From NCBI GenBank assembly GCA_021613535.1, contig CP075492.1:9238001-9302000 (forward strand): a DNA stretch of 64,000 nucleotides, written 5' to 3'. Each line of letters starts with the position of its first letter. The first letter of the stretch is position 1. Shown here piece after piece: positions 25,515 through 44,078 of this stretch. A program made the position numbers and the translations under genes. This DNA is from Adineta vaga. Its lineage: Eukaryota; Animalia; Rotifera. Below the pieces are notes generated by a model that saw only the letters and a program-made list of their open reading frames with translations, had not been told where the DNA came from and searched no databases.

Positions 25515-25937
25515 ATGTTAATGTGATCTATTTTTAAAAATTGTTTTGAAATATAATTCAGTTTCATTTTATATCAAGAAATTAAAAACACGTCATAGAA
25601 GGATAATCTCACGCGAATATTTCAAGTCAAACACACACACACACACACACACACGCTCACACATGTATAAAGAAATAATAGGCACCTATGAACTTATATA
25701 TTGCACAATGCCCTTAAAGAAGAATAAAAGAATGAAAATCTGACGTTGAAAAAAAGCACGCATAAAATGTAAAGAGAATTGAAGCAAATAATATTTATCT
25801 TTTTTCACAAAACACTGTTATATAAAAGAAAACGAAAAAATTGACTTAAATAAAAAAGAAAACATCATAAAAATGATTTTGTGCAAATTAGAATATCGAC
25901 CGGTGATGTATGTATGTATGTAGAATTCGACTAAACA

Positions 25938-28900
25938 CTATTCGGTATTTTCATGACCCATTAAAATATGTAAATCGGATGGGATTGTACTTAATGCACT
26001 AGATGATGACGATGAATTTGTTGGACGACTTTGTAAGACAACCAATCTTTAGAAAGAAAAAAAAAACAATGTACACAAAATTATTTGAAAATAATTTTAT
26101 CATTACCGATCATTGCCAATAACTCGAAATGAACGAGTTTGATCAAAAACTTCTTGTGTAACTTCATTATCTTTTAAACTTCGACCTTGCATACCATGTT
26201 GATGAAAAGCAAGAATACTATCAGGTAAACAAACTAAAGTAGAAGATAAAGTTTAACATAACAAGAAGGAAAAGGTTAACTCTTCATACCTAATGATTGA
26301 ACTTCACAATCAAAATATAGTTCCGACATAGTTTGTCGATTTGTACGAGGTTTACCTTGCCAATTAACAATATTGATATGATCTAAATTGAGAAATATAT
26401 TCCATCACATTATTCAATGTAATTATCTTACTTTCATGACAAATAAGTATCGTATCAGCATCTTTGTCATGTTGTATGACATGAGAAACATCCGGAAGAA
26501 GAGAAACTAGAAAGAAAAAAAATCTTTCGAATTTTCTCTTAAAAAGCAGTTCGTTTACCATCATCATAATTTTCCACTTTTTCTGTTTCAAAATTAACTC
26601 CAGCAAATTTATACGAATTCGTTGATGATTTGCTAAGAACATACAATTAAACAAGTTCTTCAATACTACAATCATCAATTTACCTTTTACTGACGCCAAC
26701 ACATACAAAAGCATATTGATTTTCTGGTGTAAAGATCGTTTGAAATATTCGTGGCTCCTTCGTGAGTGTCAGTGGAACAGTCTAAAAACTCCTCTCATTA
26801 ATGAAACGCAAACAACGAACTTTGAATCATTACTTTTAGATGCATAAATTTTTTCAATGGTTCATAATATTGCATCAGAAAGATTTCATTAGTTAGTATA
26901 CCCGCAAGATAAATAAATCCATTAAATTGATTTCGACCAACACAGCAACGAACACATCCACGAGTATTATTAATCTTAACAGATGTTGCTAATTTCCTAG
27001 AAAACAAAAAACAAAAGAATATATCAAATAACAAGTTTTTCTCTTCTGTACTTTGGTATGAATTTTTCAATTTTCTGTTGAATTTGCATTTTATTCAATT
27101 GTAATGATAATTTTGCTGAACTTTTATTTTGTATGAATAGAGATAAGTCATGTCGATATAAACTATTCGATTTTCCTATAGCAAAAAAAGAGAATGTAAG
27201 ACAATGAATTTTTTTTTCGTAAAATCTTTTTATATTACCTGATATTGACCAAAGAATATTATCTTTCACAAATAACCATGTCGTTCGTCTCGGATATAAC
27301 TAAATGAAAAGATCATATCGAAATTTTACGAAGAAAAAAAGACGTTAATTACCAATTCTAATGTTGCATCGTGTAATTCGTTCAAATTCAATGAATAAAC
27401 ACCTTCTTCCGTAGCAATTAAAACGAATTGTTCTAAAAATGTATTGATTACAATCGATTGTTGACATAAGTAATGTATTATCCTCGGTATTAATAAGGAA
27501 GAAGAAAAAAGAAAACTTGATTATTATTATTATTATTGTATTTCGATGTTATTTTCTCGTTCTTCTCTATTTTCGAAAAATAATCAATATTGAGATTGTT
27601 TTACTTTCGCATGATTAGTTATTGGTCATTGAGACGAATTGACGAATGAAGAAAAATAATAATAAATAAGAGAAAAGGACTGATAAATGACGACATTCTA
27701 TGAGAAACGAAGGACAGAAACTCGATCTACTAATAAATAGCGATAAATATACTGAGAGTACTTTCTCAAAGTCAATTCGTTCCAAAGGACAATCATCGAA
27801 TAATTACCTTTGGTTTCACTATTTGTCCAACAATAACTTGCATGAATTTCTAATGGACATTGATTAAATATTTTCATAAAACCAGCACCCATATGAACTC
27901 GTGGAACACTTGGAATTCCATTCGATGATATTGTAGCATTCTTTTTCAATGTACAACTACTATTATCTGAATTTTGTGATAGATTATCAAGATCAGTATT
28001 TCGTTTTAAGGTATTATTATTTGGATCTAAATCATTTTCAAAGTTTGATTGTGGTAGTTGTGGTTGTGGTTGTTCTTTCTTTTTCGATTTTGGAAATTTT
28101 AATTTCGGTGCTCGTTTGATTGTATTATTATTTGATAAATCTTCTTTTTCTTCAATATCTGCTTCACGCATAACTTCAACAATATGTTGAACTTCATTCA
28201 AAGCTAATTTCTCACAAGCATTCAAGAGTGATTTATCAATTAGAAGCTAAAAATACGTAAGAATGAATTCATTTCATGATATTAATCAATAAACTTTACT
28301 TGTATATCACTCTGAGCTAAACCTAACGATCTTAATCGTTGAATAAGTTCGCTATTATCAGTATCTTTCGTTTTGTTTACCAATGATACATTATCACTAT
28401 TTGAATTATTTCCTGATTGATTTGTTTCGTTGATAATTGAACTACGAATTAAAGGTGGTTGATTGATATTTGCTACCAAAGGTCGAACACCTAAATGAAG
28501 AAATTTTACGATGATATCTTTAATACAAACATTCGTTTCTTTTTTTACTTGATGATGAAATCACAGGTGCCTCTTTACTTGATGTGATTTTCTTTGGTGC
28601 TTGGCAATTACTCTAAACAAATCAATAACGTTGAGAATATCATTGATAAAATGAAAACATCATTTACTCGATCATCTTCATCATCATCTCGATCATCGAC
28701 CATATTATTATTCGTTGCACCATTCCGTAATCGATCTAATAAATCTCTTGCAATACTTGCCGATAAATTTCCTTGCAAAAATGGATGCTAAAATAGAAAC
28801 ATGATGATTTGTGACATTTTCATGTAGATATTTACATCAAGTAATCTTTCAGCTGATGGTCGTTTCTTTGGATTTTTAATTAAAGCATATTTAATGAAAT

Positions 28901-29972
28901 TTTGAAATGTAACGGACCATTTCATTCTATCTCGTAATGTCGGTGGTTTAAACCCTGATTTCGACATGAGAAAAAGAGCACGCATTGGATGAAGATCAAA
29001 TAATGGTGGTTGTAATTCAGCAAATTCTATTCCAGTTATACCAACAGCCCATATATCACATAAATGATTATAGCCACCTTTACGTTCAACAGCTGCAACT
29101 TCCGGTGCCATCCTAAATTCAAAGATAATTCATCAGCAAAGAAATTTTCTCAATTTTCATACCAATAAGGTGTACCAATAAATGATTTTCGTTTACAAAT
29201 AGTTGCAGTAATACTTGCTGCGACACCAAAATCCGCTAAAAGTAATATCGAAATTAGATTCATCGAGATTAGGCATTAAAAGATAATTACCTAATTTAAC
29301 ATAACCATCATCAGTAAGTAGAATATTAGCACCCTATTCATACAAAATCAAATATTATCTATTTGAATAGCAAACATTAAACAGAATCGTTACTTTTATA
29401 TCACGATGCATTTTACCATTTTTATGTAGATAATCTAATCCTCTTAAAGTTTCTTTTAATACATAGGCAATTTGTAATTCATTCAGTGGTCCATAAGCTA
29501 ATGAAAAGGATCGATTGTTTTTTGAAAATAAATCGAATGATTCTAACTCACTATGATAAATATCTTGCATCGATCCTCCTGAACATAATTCCATTGCAAT
29601 CCACAATTTATCTCGTCTAATCAATTCAAAAAGTTGATCTAATTATCCAATCAATTGGTTCTTACTTTAAATAACTACCGAAATACGCAATAATATTCGG
29701 ATGACTACATTCTAACATCATAAGAATTTCTTGTTGAATAACATTAATATCATCTCCTGCTTCAAGTTTAATAACTTTCAAAGCTCGCATCGATGCTGTA
29801 GGGATATGTCTCGTCTAAATGACATGATAGAGATTTTATTTTTTTAAAAGATTCAACAAACTTTATAAACATCGCCATATGTTCCTGAACCAATACGTTG
29901 GATAAGTTCATATTCATCGTGTGGACTGGATGAGGAAAGAAAATCATATGTGGGTTTACGACAGCTACTCAT
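25938..29972 (-). CDS. MAP4K3: MAP4K3/5-type (GCK-I, happyhour-like) STE20 kinase with C-terminal CNH domain
   Basis: [69 protein letters not shown] exons ending ILMGHENTE*; multi-exon. The paralogue-level symbol is nominal. Confidence 0.93.
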
Positions 29973-32734
29973 TGTTATATTTGGAAGAGCTTAAGGAAGA
30001 CTCTATGATAAGATGTAATCATGGCATATAAAAGAAAATGATAACAATTGTTATTTATTTAAAAGAAAGAATAGATTATCTGAGAAGTCATGATGAGAAA
30101 AGAAGAAGAAGAAGAAGAAGAAGAATACTTGTCGTAGAAAATGACTCATCAAATATGACAGTTCCATTACAGAACAAAATGTGCCTTTATACATATTTGT
30201 ATCTAATTCATACATTAAATAGAAGTATAATATGAATACAATGAAATATATTCAAATAAATCGAGTAAAATTTCAATTGAAAATATCACACTTATTGACA
30301 ACGAACGACCTCTATTGAGTATTCAAAACAGATAAAGAGATATGATCAACGAAATCTTGGAAACTCCTTTCATCAACATTCGTATGTCTATTTTCATAGC
30401 AAATATTCATACATCTATAGATAATACTTTCATTTTTATCCTTTATAATCATAACTAATGTTTGAACTTTTCGAACTAAATCACCATCAAAATAATACCT
30501 TCTAGAATGTCGATCTTTCTAATCCTTTCTATCTTTTTTTTAGCTAAATCACATTAATAAATGGATTTACTTGTTTTCACAGATGTTTTATTTACGTAAT
30601 CATTGTTCTTTTCCAGTTCTTCTGAGAAAATGTTATACCACCTGGCGATTCATCCAGTCAGTCAGTTTTTTGGTTCTAGGCTGTCGTTTCTCTCTCTCCC
30701 TCTCTTCTAATCAGATATTGAAATCGATTTGCTCATTGAACGAATGTATACACAAATACACGTGTTTGATTTTTCGATTGCGCCAAAAAAGAATATAAGA
30801 AAAGAAACATATAACGAATTGACAGACATCGTTTATGCATTCAAATATTAGCAACTTCTTATATCGTAAGTTGAAAATTTAGATATATGCATAATGATCA
30901 TGTTTGTTCATACATGATTTTCCTATCGACTAGATCTCTTCGTAGTTAACCAGTTGGATTGACGCGCGTCTTCTAATCTTTTTTTCTTCTTCTTTTTCTC
31001 TTGATATATATATATATATATATACAACGCGAGAAAAAATCTTGTTGTGTATGTTATTACATATATATAGGTCTGATAAGATTATTATTTTTTAGATTCT
31101 ATTCCAAATACTTCTTACAAAATAAATCTTATTAGACAAAAAAAATAATCAGGTATGTTTGTAATTTTTCTTCGATAGAAGAACAAAATTGTGTGACACC
31201 AGATGGTTTCAATTTTTAATGTATATTTAATTTCTTCTCATATGTATATGAGTCCTTTTTTTTCTTTTTGTTACTAAATGGATATTGATCAGAGTGGGTG
31301 TATAGATGCTTTTTAAATAGCTATTTAGCATATTTCAACGTTTATTAATCGTCTATGAAATGAAATGATTCGCTATTCTCTCTTTTCTTCTAGATCACTT
31401 TCTATTTTTCTTAGATATGTTAATGGTGATGTTGTTACTTGCTTGACAATGTCATGTTCTTTTTCTATCGATTGATCTCTCCATCATCTAAACTGTTATT
31501 ATGATTACTACATCATCATGATCGTCAATGCTATATCTCTCTCTTCTATCTTATTTATCGCAGATTACTGATACAACGCGTCTTGTACAAGAGCAAGAAC
31601 ACTATCGTCGACGACAACCATATTAGTATAAGAGAGACAGAGAAAGAGAGAGAGAGAGAAGTGGTGCCGCCGAAGGACGCATGATCAATGTGTTTATCGA
31701 GAAATCAGTTTTGGTGTACTGCATTTTTCTCTTGTCTTCATCGTTGTTTTTCTATTAACGGATTTATTCTTACGTACTACAAGTATTATCATTTGGTTTA
31801 GCGTAAGAAATGAGAATGCTCCAGGTAATTGAATTGATTACTAGATTTTTTACTTATTCAATCGAGATTATATATCCTGTTTGAGGAAATCATCATCACA
31901 TTTTGATTGAATTATTGAACATAGTAATGAAGAAATAATCTCTTTTCTTTTCTTTTTTTCGTGATAATGTACAGATTCGAGACATTTGCTTTTCTCATCG
32001 ATTTATTCATCTAGATGGAAGAAATACTATTATCAGTGACATAAACAAAAGGACAGAAGAAAAATGAAGTTGGTCAAAATAGTTGTGTGTGTATGTTGCT
32101 GAAAGGCAAACAGCTGAAGTCAATGAGGCGAATATTGGCACTAAAAGAGAAAGTTCGTCGGACAAATGCTAATCATTGCATGTGTATATGTTCAGTTCTT
32201 TTTTCTTCTTTTTTTTCTCGACGAAGGAAAAAAAACTGACGATAGCGTCACAAATGTCAAGCAAAAAATAAACGAAATATCTGTTTCCTGTCGTCTTCTC
32301 CCGGTCGAGCATTGATCAACAAGCTTGTCGTCGTCCGATGAACTGATTTACTTCCTCTTCTTATTCTAGATGAGCGAGTGTCTAATAGGATTTATGCAAA
32401 TCAACTAGTACTTCTTCTTCTTCTTCTACATCATCATCATCATCATCATTATGCTTTCTCATTTCTTCGAATAGAATTAGAAAGATACATCTACTATTAA
32501 CTATACACTTAGCAATGAAATATCGATTGTAATCATTAATCACTTTTCTTGTTCTGTTCGATGATTTTTTTCAATCAAAGTTTTTTTTTTCTTAAATTAT
32601 CGAATATGATAGAGAAACGATATAATGAGAATTAAAGAGAAAAAAGAGACAAAAGCGTCAGCTCGGCATGGCATCAGCCGGTTCCGGTCGTCGACTTTTT
32701 TTTCTCTTCTTATTGTTCTCATACAGACAACACG

Positions 32735-34802
<2,068 letters not shown>

Positions 34803-35966
34803 TCCATTCAAGTAGCTTCATTCGTTTTTTTCTCTTCTTCTCTGTATTATCTTTATCTATGTGTGTGTGTGTTATAACTTCAATTGTGTGCTCAGTTTGT
34901 GTCTTTCTTTATGCTGTTGAACAAAACACAAGAGAGAGAGAGACACTGATCTCAATACGAAAAAAACAACAGATTGTGTTTTTGTTATTTTATTTTCGTT
35001 ATCGTACATGATTATGATGAACCATCGGCTAAAACATTCTAGTTCTTTTTCTATTTCCTCATTCTTTTCCCTTCTTTCAACAAGAAAAATAATCCAAACC
35101 ATCTGGCAAAGCAGGAAAATATCCACCATCTGCATATCATTAGAATATGCTGACGAACAAGAGTTCTTGGGTTAAAACATCTTGTCTGTATTATTTCTTT
35201 TCACTTGATTTTTTTACATTCTTTTTATTGTATAAAAGATTTAGTTTGAGAGAGAGATCAGCTGCAAGATCGAATACACTTCATTACTCGTTTGTATCAT
35301 CATAAATATCAATGACAGATGTAAATTGCTCTCACAAGAAAACAAGGCACCATAATCGAATGTTCGTTTCAGACATTTTTTTCTTTTTTCTTTTGAGGAA
35401 ATGCTCAAAAAACAAAATAACCATCTGCATTTATTTTCTGCTTTTCTCCCCCAATCCGTTTTCTACGATAAAAATTCAAGTAAGAGATAAAAATAGATTC
35501 TTTTTAATCATTATTATTAAAATTTATATCCCACACAGATATAAATATTAATCAATTCTCTTTTGAAAGGACGTACAAACACCAGATCTATATCTGTTTC
35601 ATATAAATAACATGTATATTCTCAAGTTCTTTCAATATTCTCACTGGCAACATCTTGTACCCTAGTAGCAGCTGTTTATGATGAAGAGTTGACTAAAAAT
35701 GAAAATCGAAATAAAGTTGATGAAAATCATCACTATGCACATACGTGGAACGGAATGGTGCATATATTGTTATTCCTGTTCTTCGTCTTTAGTTCTCTCT
35801 CTCTCTCTCTCTAGCTGTCTCGACCTTCCTATAAATATCTCACTCTATATATATACATAAAGTACATGCTGGCATGACACCACATTGCTAGGGAAAAATG
35901 GTGCAATCTGTTGCACCTTCACCAACTGTTTTCTCTTTTCTTTCCTTTCTTTCTTTCAGATTATCT

Positions 35967-38158
35967 ATGCCAACTGATTCAAACGAAAGTTTCATTTCAT
36001 CATCATCATCATCATCATTGACAAGAACATTAATTATACCATCGATGACTACAAATACAACAAATAACAATGGTGGATCATTGTCATTAAATCATTCTCG
36101 TATACCAACGCCAACTCGATCGATTTCTCCTTCACAATCATTGAACAAATTAAAACGTTTTCTTAGTACACTCTATGACTTTGGTTCTGATATATCAAGT
36201 GAATTAGGCGAACGTGTACGAACATTGATATTAGCACTCGTAGTAAGTATCAGACCTTCTTTTTCTTTGATACACAAGTTTGAATTTGACTGAGAACGAA
36301 TCCAGATGACTTCCTTGAAAACGAAAGCCTTGAGAATCATAGAGAAAGAATAATGCAGTGAACAGATAACTATGAAACAAGTCAGGTGGATGATATTTCA
36401 ATATGAAAACGAATGTTATCTCTATCTATTTAGAATGATGCTCTATCACCTGAAGAATTTCATGCTAAAATACAAGCAGTGACTAATTTTCCATTACGAC
36501 CATTTGCATTACCATTTTTAAAAGTAATATGACGCTTGATTTTTAGACATTGAAATTCTTTTCTCATTTTACAATTTCAGTCAACATTACCTCTATTACA
36601 AAAAGATTTATCTCGATTAGCACAGCAATCGAAACAATCCTTAAGTCAATTTCTTGCTCAGAATGAAAATCTTATCCTCTTACCACGAGACGCATCTGCT
36701 GAAAAAAGTCGTAGTTCATTGACTAGTACATTTAAAGAACAAATACATGAAAATGTAAAACGAAAACTATCGGATGAGTATGAGTTTTTCTTTTTCTCTT
36801 GATTTCGATTATCTAAATAAATATTTTAGATTGGATGAACGATCCTATGCAACAAAACGTTCATCTGCAGGTCTGAATCATCGATCATTCATTTCGTCAA
36901 GTATAAGTAATAGTTCGATTACATCCACATCTATTCGACGTGATATTCGGGAAAAAGAACGAGCATTCACCACATGTAAATACAGAATTCTTTGTATTAA
37001 AAAAAGTAAAATACTCATGTTTGTCTATCAAAGATCTCCGTGAATATGGATCTGATTTAAAAGATATGAACAATAAAACTATGGAAGATGATTGGAAAAG
37101 TGTTGAAAATGTATGTGGATTTGTTTTCATAAAGTTTTTCTTATGAAACTAATTTAGATGCTTAATTATATTCATGAAATGGTAACAAAAACAAAACGTG
37201 TCATATATATGTTACAACAGAAAGATAATCATGTTTGCCGTTTACTTGAAACATGTGATCTCGAATGGCGGCGTAAACATACAGAATTATTAACACAAAC
37301 AGAAGCTCGTGTTAGTGATGTTCGACGAAAAGCAGGTAGTCTAACAGTTACTCATATTCGACATTAGAACATTTTTGAGTTCACTATGACCGTAGAAATG
37401 ACATGATAATAATAGCAGATTGTTATCAATATGAGTGTACCGTGTTTGAATTTATACGGATATGAAATAAAGTCATTTGTCAGTAATTTATAAAGGTCGA
37501 CTTGCCTTTTAGAAGAAGCTGTTCTTGAAATCAAACGTCAATCCATAATTGATTTACAAAAAGCTGTTTCTCAAACAGAACAAAAATCCAATGAAGTTTT
37601 ACTTCGTGAACGTGAACAATATCAAAGATTAAATCAAGAATTAAAATCACAAACTTTTGAAGAAGCATATACTGTATTCACTCGACAAGAAGATGGACCT
37701 GAGGTATGTTTGTTCATGAGAGAACAATTACATTAGAAGTCTTCTATTTTATTTAGCAATGTTGGCATTGTGGTCGAAAAGCAGTAGAAACATGTTCAGG
37801 TTGTAATACCGCGCGTTATTGTGGTCAATATTGTCAACATCGTGATTGGGAATTACATCAAAGATTATGTGGAACTGATTTAAAAAGAAAACTTAGTGAT
37901 AATCCACTCTTATATCGACATTCACTTTCGAAATATAACATAAATCGTTCTCCAAATGCTCAAAAAGAAACATTATCAGCTCGTATAACACGAAAAAACA
38001 GTGATACAACAACAACAGCAACAACAACACCCTCATATTTTAATGTATCTTCACCGAATATTGCTGAAGCAATAATAAATAGAATCACAAATACTAATGA
38101 TGATAAATCTGATACAGAAAAAGAAGAATCAAGTTCATTAAAAGATGAAAATATTTAA
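35967..38158 (+). CDS. nvy: MTG/ETO/CBFA2T (nervy) transcriptional corepressor
   Basis: [16 protein letters not shown]...TNFPLRPF; NHR2 [23 protein letters not shown]; NHR3 [19 protein letters not shown]; [41 protein letters not shown]. Confidence 0.93.
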
Positions 38159-38970
38159 TTTTTTTGATTCTATTATATTTTCTATCTACGTATATGTATT
38201 GTAGAGGTGTAAGAATATCAAATAGATGCTTTTGGTTTCTTTGTTTGTTTTGTTGTACAATATATTTTAATTTTTCTTCTGTATATGTAGATCTCGAATA
38301 AAAGTAATATGATTATTTAGACAAAAAAATAATCAGAAAGATCTTGTGTATCTATCATGGAATGGTTATACTGAAATACGACTATGATTCATTTAAGATC
38401 TGTGTAAAACTTCTTCTTTGTTTGCTATTTTATGATATTTTCATCAAAAACTAACAGTCGGCACAGCACAGTACATCATATTTTACAAATGACGAATAGT
38501 CAGACAATAAAAGATCTAATAACGCCCTCTAACAACGATCTCCATAGATATAGATGGCGGTAATAGTCAATTAATAAATTAGTAAGAAAATCTTGTGTTC
38601 AAATCTGTATTTGACTATTATTTTTGGTTATTATTTGAATGATTTTCTATGATTATAAATGACTAGGATAGAGAAGGGTGATGTGCCAACAATGGTGTAA
38701 TTTGATCCAATCATTGATTTGACGCCTACAGATGATGTGATGTATGAATGAATATGAGTATATATAAATACAAATAATGATGCATATATCTGATCGGTCA
38801 AAAGTTTCTTTTGTGTTCTTTTCAATAGAAGTGACATTTTTCTTGTCAATCATATGAACAAAATATTATTTCATTGATGAAAGAAAGATAGCATACAATC
38901 ATTTATTTTGTTTACATTTTATTATTTTCGATCAATTATCTAGAAAACAAAATCCTTGGATGATTTTGCA

Positions 38971-40592
<1,622 letters not shown>

Positions 40593-41996
40593 TAATGGGA
40601 AATTTGTCCATACATGTACGAAGCAAAATCATAATCTCGGTGATTTAATTCCGTATTGACCATTAAGATCTGAACACAAGAAGAAGAAGAAGAAGAAAAT
40701 TATTTTTCTATATCCCTTTTATTTATATCAATATTCAACATATATATCCATTGATTGACCCATCATATTTTCACATTTTAGTTGTTTTTAAATCAGATAG
40801 TTTTATGTTCTTTTTCCTTTCGAATTAGTTTCTTCTCACGAATGACAGACAAATCTGTTCAAAAACACATTTACTAAATAGATATATTAATTTCTTGTAA
40901 GACGTTTGTTTTTCTTTTCAAAGAATTGTTATTTATGGATGATGATGATGTTGATGATAAGCGTCAGCTGTAGGTCAATTGAAACATAGCGATTTAAATA
41001 AAACGAAAAACCACTGATTAGTTGCATGAATCTATTTCACATACTTGATATTTAATTTTATGAAGACAACTTTTTCTTATAGATAATTCTAGTTCTTTAA
41101 TTGTAATTTTGATGAAAACTTATAAGAAGGTCATATGCTATTTAAATCCAAAGATTCGTGAGCTCCGTCAGATATTCTTTTTTTTCTGCTTAATAACTTC
41201 TATGTTAAATTAAACGAGAGATAATTTAGGTAATCTATGTTTTAAAACAGAAGAATAATGATGTTTTTCTATCTTTGCCTTCATTCGTACTTTGTCAAGA
41301 GAATAATCATTTTCAAAATATGTTATACTTCTATAAAACTTCATGAGTAGATTTCTTCGCATTTTTTCTCTATTTGTCATTGTCTCTATGCTCTTTTTAT
41401 TGCAACCAAAACGAACGATCTGTTTTTTTAATAGTATGTCACGTTATGCATCATTCTAGAACATGTTTAATTATCGAATTTCTATCTGTAATTATGTATT
41501 CATGATGATAATTATTCTTTCTTTTTAAACTAAAATATCTCTGTGGAATACATTATTGGTAGGACAAAATAAGTTTATCTTATCAAGTAAAGTATATCCG
41601 TAAATAAACAAAAATAAGACGAATGATCTTTTTGTTTTCCCATTGTAGAGAACCTTTACACGTATGTCAGGTTTCTTGGTAAGATATGGTAAATATCTAA
41701 TTAATTATAAAAAAAAAAGGAAATTCTCTAGGTTCACTGGATACATTAAATAAAAGTTCGAAATGCATCAGTGTTGACAAATGAATTTTGAAAGAACAGC
41801 AAAAAGTTTTTTTTTCTATTCTGTCCTTTGACAATCTTCATTGACATCACGTTACGAGAAACGAGCAAACAAGCAAATAGTGAAAAACTGTTTTGATTAT
41901 GACATCTATCTACAAATGGAAAGAAAACAGCATGGATTGATGTGTAACCTGTAAAAAACATTTTTTTCTTTTCTTCTAGATTGATGATCAGTTTCG

Positions 41997-43202
41997 ATGG
42001 AATGTCAGTCACAAATTTTAGAACATGTACAGCATACAAGTCTCATTTGTCGTATATGTGGTGATGTTGCACGTGGAATGAATTTTGGTGTAATTACTTG
42101 TATGTCATGTAAAGCTTTTTTTCGAAGACATGCATTAAAAAACTTAGTAAGTGTAATTACAAAAAAATGGAAGATCTATGAAATAGAAATTTTGATTTGA
42201 AAAATTATTCAGAAAAAACTTCAATGTCCACTTGATGACAATTGTGATGTATCAAAACGATCACGTAGTGGTTGTTCGGCGTGTCGATTGAAGAAATGTT
42301 TTATACTTGGAATGAATTCAAAATTAATTCGTTCTCCTCACAAACAAATAATCAAACAGCAAAAGACAATAGCCTTACCACAGGTTAATTGACCTAGTTT
42401 ATTTCATAAAATATAATGTTGTTGTTCTACTTTTCTATAGCCGAAACCACTTAGTCTATTGAATAATGATCGTTCAACGTTAACCTTTGATGAATGGGGT
42501 CTTCTATCAAATATAATTCATGCGTACGATGAACAAGAACTTCTTGTACGAACTCAATGTTCTCTTCGTGAACAATCTTCTTTACCACCAAAATTACGTG
42601 TGAAAAAACATAATACACTTGATCTTATTGGCTCATTTTATGCAGCAGTTCAACCATTTATCGAACGTTCGACTTATTTTCATAATTTACCGTCAAGTTT
42701 ACGTCGAGTTATTATTGAAAATAATTTGTGTGGTACAGGTGCCTTTAATTCATTCATGACAGCTACTGAAGCAAATGTGTATGATAATGAAGATTATATA
42801 TCTATTTGTAATGAAATCTATGGGGTTGAGTACGTTCAAGTTAGTTACAATATTATAAAAAGAATTGAAAGTAATCGAACCTTGTTGAAACTTATGCTGA
42901 TAGTTTTAGCATTTTCAAGTAATGCTTCGCTTGTCTCATTTGATCAGTCAATAAAATTGACGAACAGATCAACTATTCAATCAATTTATCTTATTCGAAT
43001 TCAAAATGTCTTCGTTACCATGTTATGGAAATATATTGTTTATCAATATGGATTTGTTGAAGCCGTTCGACGATTTAGTTGTCTTGTTAAAAGTTTTCTC
43101 GATACATTAAGTCAAATCGAACGAAATGTGAGTACACAACATATGAAAATGGTTGATGATATCGTCGAAAAAACTTTATATTCACTCAAATTAGAAGATT
43201 AG
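41997..43202 (+). CDS. Divergent nuclear receptor (NR1I/J-like DBD, divergent LBD)
   Basis: Exons 41997-42146, 42213-42383, 42441-43202; CRICGDVARGMNFGVITCMSCKAFFRR; C.LDDNC.....RSGCSACRLKKCFILGM; helical LBD-like C-terminus. Confidence 0.88.
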
Positions 43203-44078
43203 CAAGAAAAAAACGAATTCTGTTTATTTTAGTATTGATTCTTCTATCTCTATTTTTTTGATATCAATAAATTGTTGTCATCCGCAAACAATAGAAGATA
43301 CCAATCTATTTTTAAGCTAATTGTTTCCAAGAATAAAAGCATAGATTCTGATTGGTTGTTAGGAGACAGACGATGAACACGTTTTTTTGACCTTTCACAA
43401 CAGTAAAACTTGTTTATCATGAAAGTAATCATTTATATTCATATCTTTTCTTTAAAAAATGACAAAATATATAAGATTAGTCAGATATGAGGAGACGTGG
43501 TCTAATTAATTTGCTATAATTATGGATGATATACTGATGTCTACATAATTGATCTTGAATGATCCATTTTCTCCTCTCAACTTGTATCAAGGTCAGCAAC
43601 TAATCTCATTTATTAAAGAAGAGTTTTTTGTATTCGTTCTCAGCGCTTAAACACAATTAATCTTTATTTTTACAGTGAGTATAAATATAAATTGTTATTA
43701 CATGGATATAAAAAGTGCGTATTTCTCGAAAAGATTCTAACAATTAGATCAAATGTCAGCTGTAGTAATTATATCTTCCTCTAAGATTTCTTAACAAATC
43801 TATATATATATTTTTGGAATACCAATTCTTCTTTTTTGGTTTAATTGGTAATCTACTGAATATTATCGTATTTCATGTGCATTTTATTTGAATGTTATGG
43901 CATTTATTAATATTGAACAATTGATTACTGATCAACCTATACCATAAATATTGTGTGCAAAAAACTCATAGAGGTTTCAGTGAACTGTTAATGGGCTGTA
44001 AATGAGTCATATGTTGAGTATTTCAATTTGGTTTTGAAATTTTGCAAAAAATGAACAAATCTGAATATTTTTTATAGA

